Positions 26,292 to 41,618 are shown, numbered from the stretch's first letter. The stretch is DNA of 64,000 bases from the human T2T-CHM13v2.0 reference genome, Homo sapiens (GCF_009914755.1 NC_060927.1), one strand, 5' to 3'. The notes: generated by a model not told the origin, from the letters alone. A program made the numbers and translations.

Positions 26292-28087
26292 TGCTTTTTT
26301 TTTTTTTTTTTTGGTTCCATTTCTTCAAATTAAACTACTTGGTTCTTTATTAAATTATGGTATTATGTTATCTTCATTTGGCTGAGAGAGATGAGTTTAA
26401 AGAATTGTAGCTTTGAAATCAATAAATTTTGCCAGTTTTTACATTAAAATCCTGTTAGGTCAGATTTGTTAATATCAATTGCATAATGATTAGTTATGGG
26501 CAAATCAAAAAGTTATAAATACACTTCTTATACAGAATTAAAAGTTCTATATGACTCTACATGTAATCTTTTTTTAAAAAAGAAAAACTGTCTTGGAGAG
26601 ATCATTAGTTCACTTTGTTAGATTCTTGGTCCTTGAACCTTATAGTCAGAGGGGGCTATAAATAAATAGTATGTTAGTTTTCATTGAGGGAACTCTTCTG
26701 GTTGGAACCAGACAATTGGCAAATCTCAAAAAAAAGTTGGAATACTAGGGGAAAAATGCAAATTTGTATACAAAAGTACATTATTTAACATAAAGAAAAA
26801 CTCAAAGAAAATAAAATCAAAACATTTATAATTTAGAATAGGTTATTATAGATAAAATTATCTATAAAATGATAGAGAAAATTTAGATAAAAATAGAATA
26901 GATTGTTATAGATAAAATATCTTCATATAATATAGATAAAATTTAGACATATTATTAATAGAAAAATATGCAGGCAAAAATAAAATTATATTTGCTCAGG
27001 TTTTGGTTTCCACTTTTTAAAAAGTTATAGGTAATGTTTCCTCTTCATCTAGCACTAGTTCACTCCATAAACACATACTAAATTAAATTTAACAGTGTGC
27101 ATTACCTGAGGAAAATGGCTTTCAAAAAGAATTTGTTTTCTACGTTATCATTTAGTGTAGGGAAAATAATTACACATGATTTTTAGCAGAAACACAATAC
27201 TTAATATCATATTCTGGGTCACAGGTCAAACCTTTCCCTGGGTCAGTAATACTAAGTAGAAGAAAGACTTGAAACTATGATAAGAAAATCAGTCTTCGCA
27301 GTTATCAAAATAAGTTAAATTAACCTCATTACTTCAAACTGAAATAATCAATATGATATGACAATTATTTATGAATGTAAATGATGGTGATTTTACTTTC
27401 AAACATGTTCTGCTATGTTCTTTGCAGACATTCCAGAATCCAGGTGGCATACTTTCTCTCATATTACTAAATGTTTGCTCTGATCTCAGGAGTGTTAATA
27501 CAAATAAAAATATTGACATTTTTTCTCACTTATTCAGTACCCATGGAAAAGAAACCTAAGTGTCATCCAAAACTCAGTACCTCTTGTACTTAAAAAAAAC
27601 CTTCAGAATATAATTCCAAAATGTGAAATAATGTGCACCAGATAGTGAGAGCAAGAAGTAACCTTTAGTTTCCCTGAACTACTTCAACTTCCTGGTTAAC
27701 CATCTTATCAGAAGTTTATTTTAATAAACAGAGAGGGTCAGCAAGATACTCTGTTCTATTCAATTCTATATGAGAGCAGTTCTACAGTTCTACTTTTTTT
27801 TTTTTTTCCCATGGGAAAGAAGCAAATACCAGCCAGCCAAAATACAAAGGCCTAGATGATATCTTACTACTGGCCTAATTAAGTAATATTTTAGGAAAAT
27901 TATATTTAGGCATTTATGTAGTTCCTACTGGAAATGAAATCCCCAGACTATCACAAAAGCTATTTCATATACATGCCTACAAACTCTCTTTTGATCAAAC
28001 CACTCTATTTTTACCTCTGTGGATTTAGATGTTTATTTTAATCATTAAAACTGTCTGTTCTAAATCAGACCTTAAAAGTCAAAGCTA

Positions 28088-28479
<392 letters not shown>

Positions 28480-30360
28480 TCAAATGTATATACACTTTCG
28501 TGGATGCTGAATATGTGTACTTGGCCAATATTTTTTTTCCATTCAACACAAAGTGGCTAGAACTATGTTTTTTTTCTCTAGTCTACATTATGAGCCAGTT
28601 TCTCTAATTCTGGGCAACATTCCACAAAGCTTCACAGGGAATCCCCACAGTAATTTACATAGGATTGGGAGAACTAGGTGTTCCCTCAAATAAAAATATC
28701 AGCTGGGGAGCTTTTCCCCTTGACACTGTTGAACTCAACAGCCGAAAAGGAATTCTATTAACCCATTTAAAAGTGAACTTATTGATGGTTTTGAGGTTCT
28801 ACCCATAATGTCCTTTTTCACACCATAGACAATTTGATTCTCAATTTTGAATTCTAAATTCTAAATCCACTGGGCAGTGTTTCATTTATACATTACAGAA
28901 CAGCCTTCCATATAGATATGATAAAACCCCAAAATGGATATTCTGCTTTCAATGTTGCTAAATTAATAGGAAGATTTCAAAGGTACTCCTGGAATTTCTT
29001 TTTTATGTCACTGTATGCTTATAAATTATTAGCATTATTTTAAGAATATTTCTCTTCTCTAAGTATACACATGCATAATTTAATGTTATACATACTAATT
29101 TTCTATCAGAAAATACCTTTTGTGGCAAAGAAACAATAATGAAGGTTTAGAAGAAAAATATGTTGTAAGATGCTATTGTCCTTTTCTATTAGTTAGGAAC
29201 ATTTACTGAATATATGAGAATGAATTGAATTGCTTTGGTTCTCATGAATAAACCTATTAATAAGAACCAGTAACTCAAGGTAGGCTGCCAGATTTTCATC
29301 CACTCTGGACTCTCTATTAACCTTTATTCTTGTTAAAGACAGGACCCTTGGCGTTATGTCTCTCTTCATGTCTTATCCAGTGATTTGTACATAGTAGGTA
29401 TCCAATACATATTTGAGAAAATAAATTAGAAATATTGTTTTATGACAGAGTTATAAAGCTCTTTAACATTTATACCATAGCTATTGTAATCCTTTAAAAA
29501 GAGTAGTAAAAAATGACCTTAAAATGGTATTTAGAAATTTATCCAAAAAATGAAAATAATTATAAATGAAATAAATAATTATTGGAATAAATCATTTGAT
29601 AATCATTTGTCAAGCACTTATTTTATATTACTTCCAAAGGAAGGCAATGATGAAAATATATAATAACAAGGATAAGAAGCTATTCCTCAACTATTGTAAA
29701 ATGGGAAAGACCACAAAGAGAAACAGGAAAACTGGCCTAGAAGAGCAAACTATTAAAATACAGATGAAGGGGCAGGGCAGGGGAAAACTTTTGGCCTTAC
29801 TTTTCTCAAGGGAAGACAGAGAACTGACTCTAACAAAATAGAAAGCTCCCAAGAGAGGAAACATAGATACTAAAGGAATGCCAGGTCATTCCAGAATGAG
29901 CAATAGGAAATTAAACCAACATTCAATGGGTTCTATCCAAAGTAGACCATAAGACAGAGAAACTCCTGTGAAATCTGTATGAAACAGGCAATACTGATGT
30001 AGAAAGAACTGAGGAATAAAAAGAATAGAAATTCTCCCTTTGTTCTGGATACTATAAATTTTTACTAAGAGTGATATATGAAAAAATACCAAAAAAAAAA
30101 AATCTTCCCATGATTCGATCTGAAAGAAAAATGTAATTCATGTGTAAGAACTGGATGGTAGATGTTTGTATCAAGTAATATAATCATGCTATCTCCAATA
30201 AACATGGATTTAACTTTTTCTTGTTTTTTTACAGTTTATTATTTATTTTATTCAGGATATTATCTCCCAATGTTATACAAAATACTGACAAATGTCAATG
30301 TCTTTTCTTACTTTCCACTGTATCACAGGTTTTCACTTCATTTACTTCCGCAGGTACCCT

Positions 30361-30365
<5 letters not shown>

Positions 30366-30399
<34 letters not shown>
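30366..30399. repeat. (TG)n microsatellite
   Basis: Directly visible. Confidence 0.95.
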
Positions 30400-30402
<3 letters not shown>

Positions 30403-31099
30403 CATATATAAAATTAAAGGCCTATCCATATAAAAATTATCCCCCAATAAACTTAATCTCAGAAGAAACAAATCACAGCTGTAATTTTACCCATACATAG
30501 GAAAAATGGAACACAAGAGATTAGATAAAATAGTAATTGATATTTTGACTATTGCAACTTTATGAAACTGAAGATTTTGAATGATAATGACTAAGAGGAA
30601 AGAATAAACCTGAGGAATGGATGTGAAGATTTTGTGTCCTTAGGCTAAAGGACAATTAGTCATGTTTGGATTTCTAACATGGTATCATGAACCCTCAGTG
30701 GGTCAGGGGGCTAAGGACATAATACTGTGCTGTGCAAGCTCTACAGCTAACCGGCAGCAAGCCCTGACAAGTTGCTTGGCTTCAATGTGCATCAGCTTCT
30801 ACAATTGAAAAAAGGAGAAAAATAAGGTCCCAATGCTTGTCTTATTGGATTCTCGTGAAAATCAAATGACACTGGAAATGAGGACACTTTATAAACCCTA
30901 CATACTATATAACTACCAGTTAAAGGATTGTTATTATAATTATTATATTTACACAAAATGTGATTTTTCCATAGTTTACTCTAAGAAAAGGATGTATTAT
31001 TTTCATTTTGGCCCCATTCATGTAATACCTATTTCTATCACCAATAAATGCAATAAAAAATGAGCTTAAGAACAAATATAAAATATTTATGAAAATTAC

Positions 31100-32240
31100 A
31101 GCATTTGATACTAACAACCACTTCCTCCTTCTTGAAATGATCTCCTTGTTTGGCATTTATGACCCACCCTCTCCTGGTTCATTTTCTACTTCTCTGGATT
31201 ATTTTTCAGGATGCTCTCCTGGGATCATTTTCTCTGCTAGCTGAGGAAATGCTGAATTTCCTCCAAGATTTTATCCTCAGCCTATTCTCCCTTTAACATG
31301 CCCACTAGGCTCTCTTCCAACAACTCTCAAAGCTTTAATCCTCCCTCTCTCCCCAATGCTGGTAATTCCCTGACAATACTTCTAACCACAAGCTCACCTC
31401 TGAACTCCAAACTGGTTTATCCTGTTGTCCCAGAGGCATCTTAAATTCAGTCTGGCAACTCTGAAAACATTTTGTGTTCACTCTCTTTCTCTGGCTTGTA
31501 CTATCTTAGCCTCTATGACTCTCTCAGATCCCAAATCCAGCCAATCCTCAAGCTTTGTCGATTGCATTTCCAAAATATTTCTCGTATCAAATGCTTCTCA
31601 CTATTGCTTGTCTTCTCCCATTTTATAGCACCCAGCTCCTTGCATCCAGACTTGCTCAGGTGCGATCCATTCTGCCAAATATAGCCAGAGTACTTTATCT
31701 TGTGTAAAAATCAAATCACGTTAATTCCCTGCTTAAAGTCCTTGAATGACTATCTGTATGTGACTACCTACACTGACGGGCTGAAGGCCAAGGAACTTCA
31801 CAGGACATTTAAGGCACTCCATGTAGCCTCAACCACCATGTCACATTCATGCTCTGTTACTTTCTATGTAATACTTTGGACTTTATAAGTACTAATGGGA
31901 TTGTAAGTCCTCATATTCACCTGAATATTTACCTGAACCAAAGTTTTAGCTTATGAGCCTTTACTTTGGCAAATGTCTCTTTGCCCAGCATATCCTGTCT
32001 ACCCTTGACTTGCCAGGCTAACTCATGCTTATCATTTTAAAGATTTCATCTCCAGAAATGATGGCAAATTTTCAAACTCCCAGTGATGGGCATTTTGGTA
32101 TGCTTCCACAGTTTCACAATTGGAAGTCTACGTATTATTTTTAAATGTATCTATTCATGTATATACATTTTGCCAGTAAACTCTAGTATTTCCAAGACCA
32201 GAAAAAAATGTCTTAGGGACCTTTGTCTCTGGCTTATATT
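31100..32240 (+). mobile_element. L2 LINE remnant
   Basis: ccacttcctccttcttgaaa...ccctctcctggttc..., ctctgaactccaaact and pyrimidine-rich L2-like motifs; highly diverged. Confidence 0.6.
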
Positions 32241-33201
32241 AGATAATTAAAGTGGAACTAAATTTTGAACAAATTGGCAATGATCCTACCACCAAGCACT
32301 TCCTTCTGGCACTGATACATTACTAATGTAATGGACAAGAATGAATGCATGACATCAAAACTACAGAGGTTTCCTTTCTAATTACTCTGGACTACAAGGA
32401 CAGGTAGAAAAATTATAATTGCAAAGAATGTGATGCAAGAAAAATCTTGAGTAAAAACCTCTTTATAAAAAGAAAAATCTAGACTCAAGTTTATGCCCAA
32501 ACATCAGTTATATCAAAATACTTCAGTATTGACAATTGTTTAAAGACATATTTTATCCATATCAGGTTAATGCAGGGATTTTATTGCTAAATCATGATTT
32601 CTTGCACACTCTAAGATATTGGATCGGAAATTCTGAAAAATAGCATCCACCTGAAAGTATGTTAGGAGAAAGCAACTTGTTAGCATAAGACGAGGTCATT
32701 TCTTTCTTCTCTTCTGAACCTGACACACAGCATTTTAAAATTAAACAGAAGAATATTCTGCTTCCTAGGGATTTATGCCACCATCTACCACATTACTCAA
32801 ATGACCACTGCTACTCATTACATAAGAGATCAAGCACAACTTTATTCATGAAAAGCAGACATGAAGACAACTTCTTAAAACTCAGGCTTTTAAAATCAGA
32901 CTCTGTCTCATCTGGTACCTATTGATTGCCTTTTTTGTCAATCGGGGTGGGTATTTACCCATCTGGTATAGAGAATAGATACTAGAGTCTGAAATTGGAC
33001 AGAACTGTGTTCCAATCCCACCTCTGTTGCTTTCTGTTTCTAGCTCTACAATTTTCAAGTTACCCAACTCACAAGTCTTTTTCCTCATATATAACATGAG
33101 AATAACAAAAGCCCGCACTTACAACATATCAGGCATGTTTTCATGGCTTTGCATCTATTATTGCATTTAAGTCACCCAATAGTCTTAAGAAATAAATACT
33201 A

Positions 33202-33559
33202 CAAGTTGAGCATTCCTAATCCAAAAATATAAAGTCTGAAATGCTCCAAAATATGACATTTTTGAGTGCCTATATGACACCACAGATTGTCCTTATATAG
33301 GTGGCTAAAACAGTGATACCTTTGCTTTCTGACAATTCAATGCCTGCAAACTTTGTTTCATGCACAAAATTACTAAAAATATTCTATAAAATTACCTTCA
33401 GGTTATGTGCATAAGGTATATATAAAACAAATAAATTTTGTGTTTAGATTTGGGTCCCATCCCCAAGATATCTCATTATGTATATGCAAATATTCCAAAA
33501 TCCAAAAGAATCTGAAACACTCTGGTCCAAAGCATTTTGGATAATGGACACTCAACCTG
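33202..33559 (+). mobile_element. Tigger4/MER46-type non-autonomous DNA transposon inserted in a MIR
   Basis: TIRs CAAGTTGAGCATTCCTAATCCAAAA and TTTTGGATAATGGACACTCAACCTG, with TA on both flanks. Confidence 0.85.
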
Positions 33560-33965
33560 TATTATTTCCCATTTACAACTGAAGAAACGGAAAGGTCCCA
33601 GCAGCAGAATCTGATTTAAGTGGACCATTTCTAGAGTTCTGTGCTCTTGTGCTATGTTCTCCAGACCCGTCGCACAATGTTTGTATAAAGACTAAATACT
33701 TTAATAGGAGTAAAATATTTAAGATGGGTAGGTACTCAATAATAATTCCCTCTATGCTTTTCAGATGTATTCTTCTCTTCCTTCTATGGCAGACCCTCAT
33801 GCAAACATCTCGACATGGCTTTAAACCACAGGAGCTAAATATCACTAAGTGAGGGAAGATGACCAATAAAAACTGAAGAAGAACCTAGAAGTCACAGAGT
33901 CAAGTGAGGCTTTTATAAATTCTTCAGGTCTAGTTTCTGCTAATATGGTTCGTTTTATTTCTTTA

Positions 33966-34193
33966 CAAGAATGTCCAGTCTTTTGGCTTCCCTGGGCCAC
34001 ACTGGAAGAAGAATTATCTTGGGCCACACATAAAATACACTAACACTAATGATAGCTGATGAGAAAAAAAAAACAACACACACACACACATACACACCAA
34101 AAAAAAAAAACCCCTCATATGTTTTAAGAAAGTTTGCTAATTTCTGTTGGGCCTCATTTAAAGCCATCTTGGGCCACAGGTTGGACAAGCTAG
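33966..34193 (+). mobile_element. MER30 (hAT-Charlie) element
   Basis: tgtccagtcttttggcttccctgggccacactggaagaagaatt...gggccacaggttggacaagct. Confidence 0.85.
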
Positions 34194-34295
34194 CTTTAGC
34201 ATATATCAAGAGGATCTTACACAGGGGAAGGATCAGGGAAGTCTCCCTCAGGAAAGGATGTTTAATATGCAACATGAAATATAAGAATGAGGTAG

Positions 34296-35580
34296 GCATT
34301 GACAAAAACAAGCAATGAGGAAAGGATCTCCTATTCAATAAATGGTGCTGGGAAAACTGGCTAGCCATATGAAGAAAACTGAAACTGGACTCCTTCCTTA
34401 CACCTTATACAAAAATTAACTCAAGATGGATTAGAGACTTAAATGTAAGACCCAAAACCATAAAAACCCTAGAAGAAAACCTAGGCAATACCATTCAGGA
34501 CACAGGCATGGGCAAAGACTTCATGATGAAAACACCAAAAGTAATTTCAAAAAAACCCAAAAGTGACAAATGAGATCTAATTAAACTAAAGAGCTTCTGC
34601 ACAGCAAAAGAAACTATCATCAGAGTGAACAGGCAACCTACAGAATGGTGGAAAATTTTTGCAATCCACCCATCTAACAAAGGTCTAATACCCAGAATTT
34701 ACAAGGAACTTAAACAAATTTACAAGAAAAAAACAAACAACCCCATTAAAAAGTTGTCAAAGAATATGAACAGACAACTCAAAATAAGACATTTATGGGG
34801 CCAACAAACATATGAAAAAAAGCTCAACATCACTGATCATTAGAGAAATGCAAATCAAAATCACAATGAGATACCATCTCATGCCAGTCAGAATGGCGAT
34901 TATTTAAAAGTCAAGAAACAATAGATGCTGGTGAGGCTGTGGAGAAATAGAAACGCTTTTACACTGTTGGTGGAAATGTAAGTAAGTTTAACCAGTGTGG
35001 AAGACAGTATGGCAATTCCTCAAGGATCTAGAACCAGAAATATCATTTGACCCAGCAATTCCCTTACTGGGTATATACCCAAAGGAATATAAATCATTCT
35101 ACTATAAAGACATATGCACACGTATGTTTATTGCAGCACTATTTACAATAGCAAAGTCATGGAATCAACCCAAATGCCCATCAATGATAGACTGGATAAA
35201 GAAAATGTGGTACATATACACCATGGAATACTATGCAGCCTTAAAAAGAAATGAGATCATGTCCTTTGCAGGGACATGGATGAAGCTGGAAACCATCATT
35301 CTCAGCAAACTAACACACAGGAACAGAAAATCAAACACCACATGTTCTCACTCATAAGTGGGAGTTGAACAACGAGAATACCTGGACACAGGGAGGGGAA
35401 CAATGCATACCAGGGCCTGTTTGGGGGTGGAGGGCGAGGGGAAGGAACTTAGAGGACAGGTCAATAGGTGCAGCAAACCATCATGGCACACATATACCTA
35501 TGTAACAAACCTGCATTTTCTGCATATGTATCCGAGAACTTAAAGTAAAATTAAAAAATAATAAAAATTATAACAATAAA
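34296..35580 (+). mobile_element. 5'-truncated L1PA (ORF2 C-terminal remnant + 3' UTR)
   Basis: ORF 34995-35357 (DPAIPLLGIYPKEYKSFYYKDICTRMFIAALFTIAKSWNQPKCPS...) is L1 ORF2p; frames are disrupted; A-rich tail; flanking aagaatgagg repeat. Confidence 0.95.
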
Positions 35581-35588
35581 AAGAATGA

Positions 35589-35910
<322 letters not shown>

Positions 35911-38900
35911 AGAATGTGGTAGATATACGCAAGATAAAAAGAAGAAAGAACAGGTTTTGTAACTGTTGGTCCCATTTCTGCCTTCCTGAGTAGTTAATAC
36001 ATTTCAGGAGGCTACAGACCATGTCTATTTTATTCTCCTACATAGCCTTTAGCAATCAGCATAGTGCCTGACACAGTCAGCATTCAATAAATATTGAAAG
36101 AAGGAAGGAATACATGTATATATGAAATGTGTGAAAGCCTGCAAGCAAGTTTAAGGAACTGAGAGAAATTCAGGAACTGAGCGAAGAATGTACAAAGATG
36201 GCAGAAGAATTTGCAGGAGCCAGATGATGGAGGGCCGCATGAGTGATTATACGAATTTTGAGCTTTATCATGAACACAGTGGGAAACCCCTGGAGGGTTT
36301 TGACAGAGGAGAGATATAATCAGATTGCTTGTGAAATTAGTGATGTGCCTTATCTCCCAAATAGAGCAGAGTCGAGGAATCATCATCAAGAAGGACATTA
36401 GTTTCTCAGAGTCCATCCTACCATGTTCCAGTGGTTTCTGCAGGTGTAACCTAGAAGCTTGAAGCTTGGGGAGGACAATGTATAGCCAGCTAAGAAGAGA
36501 AGTTTCTGGCCATCTATTTAGTGCAATCAGGTCATGTTTGCCAGCTTCAAGATAATGTTCACCAGCCCCACATAATCTTGAAAGCAATAGTGCCCCCATG
36601 ATAGGTTCTGCCATGTTTGATTTTTCAAAATGAATTTTTAAAATATAAATTCTTCAGTTCTTTTCCTCTGTATTACTTAATTTCTAGGTTGTGATAAATC
36701 CTAGGATATGTTACGCTAGATATCCAACATCCAATGTTTTATTGTTTTTCTCATAACTCTAAAGACTACAAACCTTCTTGAAAACAATTACATAACTGTC
36801 TCTTTTGTGAGGTGGCTAATCTTTAGTAACACTGAACACTTTTGGCTGTACGAAGTTTTCACAGAACATTCAGATTAAGCACTATTAATCATGAAATTAC
36901 AGTTTGTTAAGTAAAATGAAAAGTTCAATTTTTAATATACTACGCCCACAATATTTATTTAACAGAGTAATAAAACATAAATGCTTTCTGAAAACTAGGA
37001 AAAACAAAAGTGTGGTTAAAAATCCCTTTAACATTCACTTGAAAGGCAAAAAAATTATTTTTTAAGAAATATTCACTCTTTACAAAGTATCTAAGGCTAC
37101 TCATGTGCTTTCTTTTCTCTATATATAGCTATGTGTCACCCATGCCTTTCTTTGTAATTTATGTTTAAACAAATTTTAAAGACCACAAGTAGGCCTTTGC
37201 TCTATGAAATAAGCCATGAGATATTAATGCAAAAGCTATTGTGCTGAGAGCTAAGAAACCCTACACTTCCACTCTCAATGCTAGTGTGTTAAAAGAGATT
37301 TTAGTAATGGCAAAGCCAGTCAACAGGGAATAATTAAACTCAAGTTGTCTAAGATTTGCTGTGATGTGTGGAATGATAGTTTCCAACCCAGCTGCTGCGG
37401 AATGTTTGCCTAAGAAGAAAGTGCAGTTGACTAGGGGCTACAGTTCAGATGAAATGCAATGAAAAAGCTCGTTGACCTCTAAAACAATAGGTGGGGCCTA
37501 CTCGAATAATAAAATCAACACAAAGTCAACAATTAAACAAGAATGTAACAATAGGGCCATCTCAATATCATGCCACTAAAAGTTTTTAAAAGGACAGAAT
37601 TACTCCACAGTAAACTGACAAATATCTACACTTGGCACCTCTTACAAGCTAATAAAGATGTAGACTGGCAACTGTGATAAACAAAGCCCTTCATGAATAC
37701 CTTGCTTCTTTTTTCCTCAAAAAGTTTTTCAAATTCAGCTCGTTAAAAGGACATATTATATTTCCTTCAGTCCAGCAGCCGGTCTCTCTTTTTAAGCTGT
37801 CAACTAAGCAGTCATAAGCTCACATTGATAGTATGTTATCTGCTGAGTCCCCTCCCCCAGGACTCCCCATCAGTCCTAGACCTGTAGCTCAGCATAAACC
37901 AAGCAGTGTGACTTGTTCTCTATTAAAATGACTCATTGGTAATGTAGTCAACCTTAATCTACAATGCAGATGAAGAAAAAAGACAATTTTCAGCCAATTT
38001 GTTGATTTACTTTCGGAATTCCTTTTTAATTTTACTAGTTTTTCCGTTGTCTGGCATTTACAATATAGTCACAAACTAAAAAGGCAATTATTTTCCTCTC
38101 TTTCCTATCTATAATACCTTAAAGTTCAGGCCCAATATTATTTCCATTTAGAAAATTATTTGTATAGCTATTTGTAAGGTCTTTATAAGCTAAGGCTTGC
38201 CAAGGTAGTTCACATTTTTGATTTATCGTGGCTAGACTTGGTTGGCACTAAATGAAAAGGTTTTACCATCTAATTTTAATGTCAATATTAATATATATAT
38301 AGACACACACAAATACACGTATACATACACACTATGTGTAGTATACAAGTCCCTTTAGCCATGTGTGTATGTTTTGATGCGCAAGGTACTTACATAATGA
38401 CTGGCCAATAAATATCTCAAAGATTGATTTGTAATATACCTGATAAGAAATGATTTCCTACTACTTATCATGTGTCCTGTTAACATGGCCCTTTCCTTGA
38501 TCACCTCCTCATACATTTCAAACTTCAAATAGAGTTTTTAAAGATCCTGAGTATTTGAGTTGCATGAGACAAAAGATGACAGGATTTCATGTTTTGTCTT
38601 TGTAAGTATTGGAGCTTCTTCACCTTCTTTCCTTCTGATTCATTTTGACCACAGACTTGCACTTTCTTATTGTATATCTCAAAAAGGGAAGGCATTTTCT
38701 GAGATCCTTTCCAGTATTCTCTTTATGTATGTGTGTGTGTGTGGAGATGATATATATATATATATATATCAGGCTGTGTGTATCAAAAGTTCCAAATCGG
38801 AGAGATGTCAAAAATTTAATTCAATAAATATATATTTAGCAGCTACCATGTTATCAACACTTCTAAGGAGATTTCCAGTCTTAAAAAAAGGCAAGCAAAC

Positions 38901-38944
38901 TTAAATTATGTAGGAAGTGAAACTAATAAGAGTTATAATAACTG

Positions 38945-39175
38945 CTGTAACTTTGCTGAGCTCTTACTATGTGTGAAGTATTATACAAAGTATTTTCCTA
39001 TAAAATTACTCATGTAATCCTCATAACTAACCTGTGAGGTACATACTATTATTAATCACACTTTATATTCAAGGGAATGAAAAACAGAGATGCCCAGTAA
39101 TTTACTCAAAGTCACACAGGCTAGTGAGCCAGTCAGTTTGGCTCCAGATTTGAATCCTTAACTACTTGACTTAAC
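38945..39175 (-). mobile_element. MIR SINE
   Basis: gctgagctcttactatgtg...aatcctcataactaacctgtgaggt...caaagtcacacaggctagtga. Confidence 0.7.
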
Positions 39176-39199
39176 TGTCTTTCTGTAGATCTATCCAGA

Positions 39200-39406
39200 C
39201 CTATGCTGCCTAATACGGCAGCTACTAGCCACATGTGGTTATTTAAATTTAAACAGAAATTAATTAAAATCAAAATTAATAGTTTGGCTATTTAGTGCCA
39301 TTAACCATATAGGTCAGTAACCACATGTGACCAATGCCAGCTGTACTGGACAATGCAGATATAGAACATTTTCATCTTTCTAGAAAGTCCTATTTCTCAG
39401 CACTGA
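39200..39406. mobile_element. MER3-like hAT-Charlie element
   Basis: gctactagccacatgtggttatttaaatttaaa...ccacatgtgacc...ctggacaatgcagatatagaacattttcatc. Confidence 0.7.
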
Positions 39407-39744
39407 CTAAAAAATCAGCAATGGTTCCAGAGGAACAGGTCAGCCCTTGATTCCACACACCAACTCTTAACTAGGTTAGTGAGATTTGTTTTTTAAAAAC
39501 CTGCTACTAAAAATAATTCCAGACTTCAATTATGCCTCAAACTTTAAATGATACCATTTACCTGCTTTTCCCAAGGGTGTAACTTTGTGAGTAAAGTGAG
39601 GATTCCAAAAGTACCAGAGATGTGTCATAGAAATAGGGTTAGTGACAGTGTGACCCAGAGGTCCTGGATAGGAAACTTAAACTGTAGTTATACCTGCATC
39701 TATCATGTAAGGAGACACATGAGAAGAAACAACTGTATATTGAG

Positions 39745-39925
39745 GAAAAGCAGGATTATGGAGTCAGGCGAACTTGGATTCAAACCAACTCCCTGCTTCT
39801 GTGACCCTGGAACATTAATTAAGCTATTTAAGCCTCAGCTTTCTCATCTGTGCAATGGGGCTAATAATGTCTTTTTTGCAGGTTATTATGAGAATTAAAT
39901 GATAAAACACATACAGAATTCTTGC
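39745..39925 (+). mobile_element. MIR SINE
   Basis: tggagtcaggcgaacttggattcaaacc...aagcctcagctttctcatctgtgcaatgggg. Confidence 0.75.
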
Positions 39926-41618
39926 TCAGAAGAGGACCTTAGAAAACTATTTTTCTATATCTGGAGATGAAAAATACAAATCAAAGCTAAATAACAAGAT
40001 GAAGGATAGGAAGAGGAATTATCTTGCTAGGTGCTACAGCTACTTGAACTGAGTCTAAATATTCACAGAGCTGAGATGTTTACGATTAATTACCTCTGAA
40101 AGTAACTAGTTGAAAGGCGTTTGGCAGGGTGTAATATAAAATAGAGCTGCCAAGGCTAACAGCTATTATTAAATGTCTGCATATTTTAACAACTGTGCTT
40201 GGCACTTTTATTCTCACTTTATTCAAAAGACAATCAGCATACTCTTCTTTGTGGTGTTCGTTATTTCATACAAACAAGCAGACTCTCAGGTTTTACCCCC
40301 AAAGATTCTAAATTATAAATCTGGGATTAAGTCCAGCAATCTGCATTTTAAAACAGTATCACAGCTTTTGATGCACGAGCTCCGCTGACCACACTTTGAA
40401 AAAACAGTAGAGATCCAACTTATTTAAAGCAGCAAAGCAAGTTGTGAGTCTACGTTTACAGGGATGCTATCTAACAACTTCAATTACATTCAGCCAAGAA
40501 CTCACAAGTGTAGAGAAATTCCCTTTAATTTTGGTGGCACAGAGATTAAGCACATGTGCCAAAGCTTATATACTTTTCTTAAAAGAAAGTCATTTGGTGT
40601 CAATTTGCTTTGATTTAGGACATGAATCAAACAAGGCCCAGTTGGCTATCTGGCCTTCTGTACTAATGATTTTAGAAAAGTTTTCATCCTTAATGGCAAC
40701 GTTACGGAAGCTACAGGGCTCAAACAGATGATCTTCAGATATATTGAGAATTCACTTCTCTGGAACTCTAACTTTCCTGATTTGCATTAATAAATGAGAT
40801 GCTACTTGAACACCTATCAGTATTCAGATATTAGATACAAAAAAAAAATACTTGGCTAAACAGAGCTTGTTGAGATTGAGCAGAAAGTGGAGTCGAGGTC
40901 TGGCTCAGGACTAAGACATACATGAATTTCTGCCCTAGGTCCACAACTTCTTAGGTACGAGGCTTTGTGCGAGTTAATTAACCTTGCTGAACCTCATGAT
41001 TCTCATCTCTAAAGTGAAGATTATACTGTAGTACTTATAATGCTAATCTCATTATCTCTCATGAGGTAATGCAAGTCAAGCATATAGCACATTGTTTGGC
41101 ACATAGTAACAAAGGCAAGTTGTTGCTGTTGCTACTGTTACCCTAGCTATGTGATGGGGATAGAGAGGGCTAGTGAGCTTATCTGGATTAATCTGGACTC
41201 CATGGAATGAAGAAATGCACTCATTGCCATAGGGTAGGATTTCTGAAGACAATGAACACATTTCAACCTTCCACCTTTCTCCTGTGAGACATAGTCTCTC
41301 ATCCCATTAATTCAGCAATGAATCTGTAGTAGATTTTAATCTAATGCACACTTTACTATTGTAAGAATCTCCTTCAGATCCCTATCTCTTTGACTTTAGA
41401 TTTCCCCCTTCTTACCCAACCTGCACTTGACTTTTAAGATCAACCATCCTAAATACCTAAAATGCCACTATTGATATTTCACCCTTTTGCTGAAAAATGT
41501 TCTTTGGCTTCACCATTGTAGCAGCAACAGCAGGAGGAGGAGGAGCCAGAGGTCATATGAACTGAGCAGCTCCTCCTGCCTCACAGGCACTAAGCTATAA
41601 GCTGGGGTAGAAATATAA

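Noticed and set aside
34625-35357. L1 ORF2 fragments as functional CDS
   Set aside because: 5'-truncated and frameshifted fossil.
36084-36614. 176-aa minus-strand ORF
   Set aside because: No recognisable domain, partly overlaps degraded L2-like sequence, and is consistent with chance.
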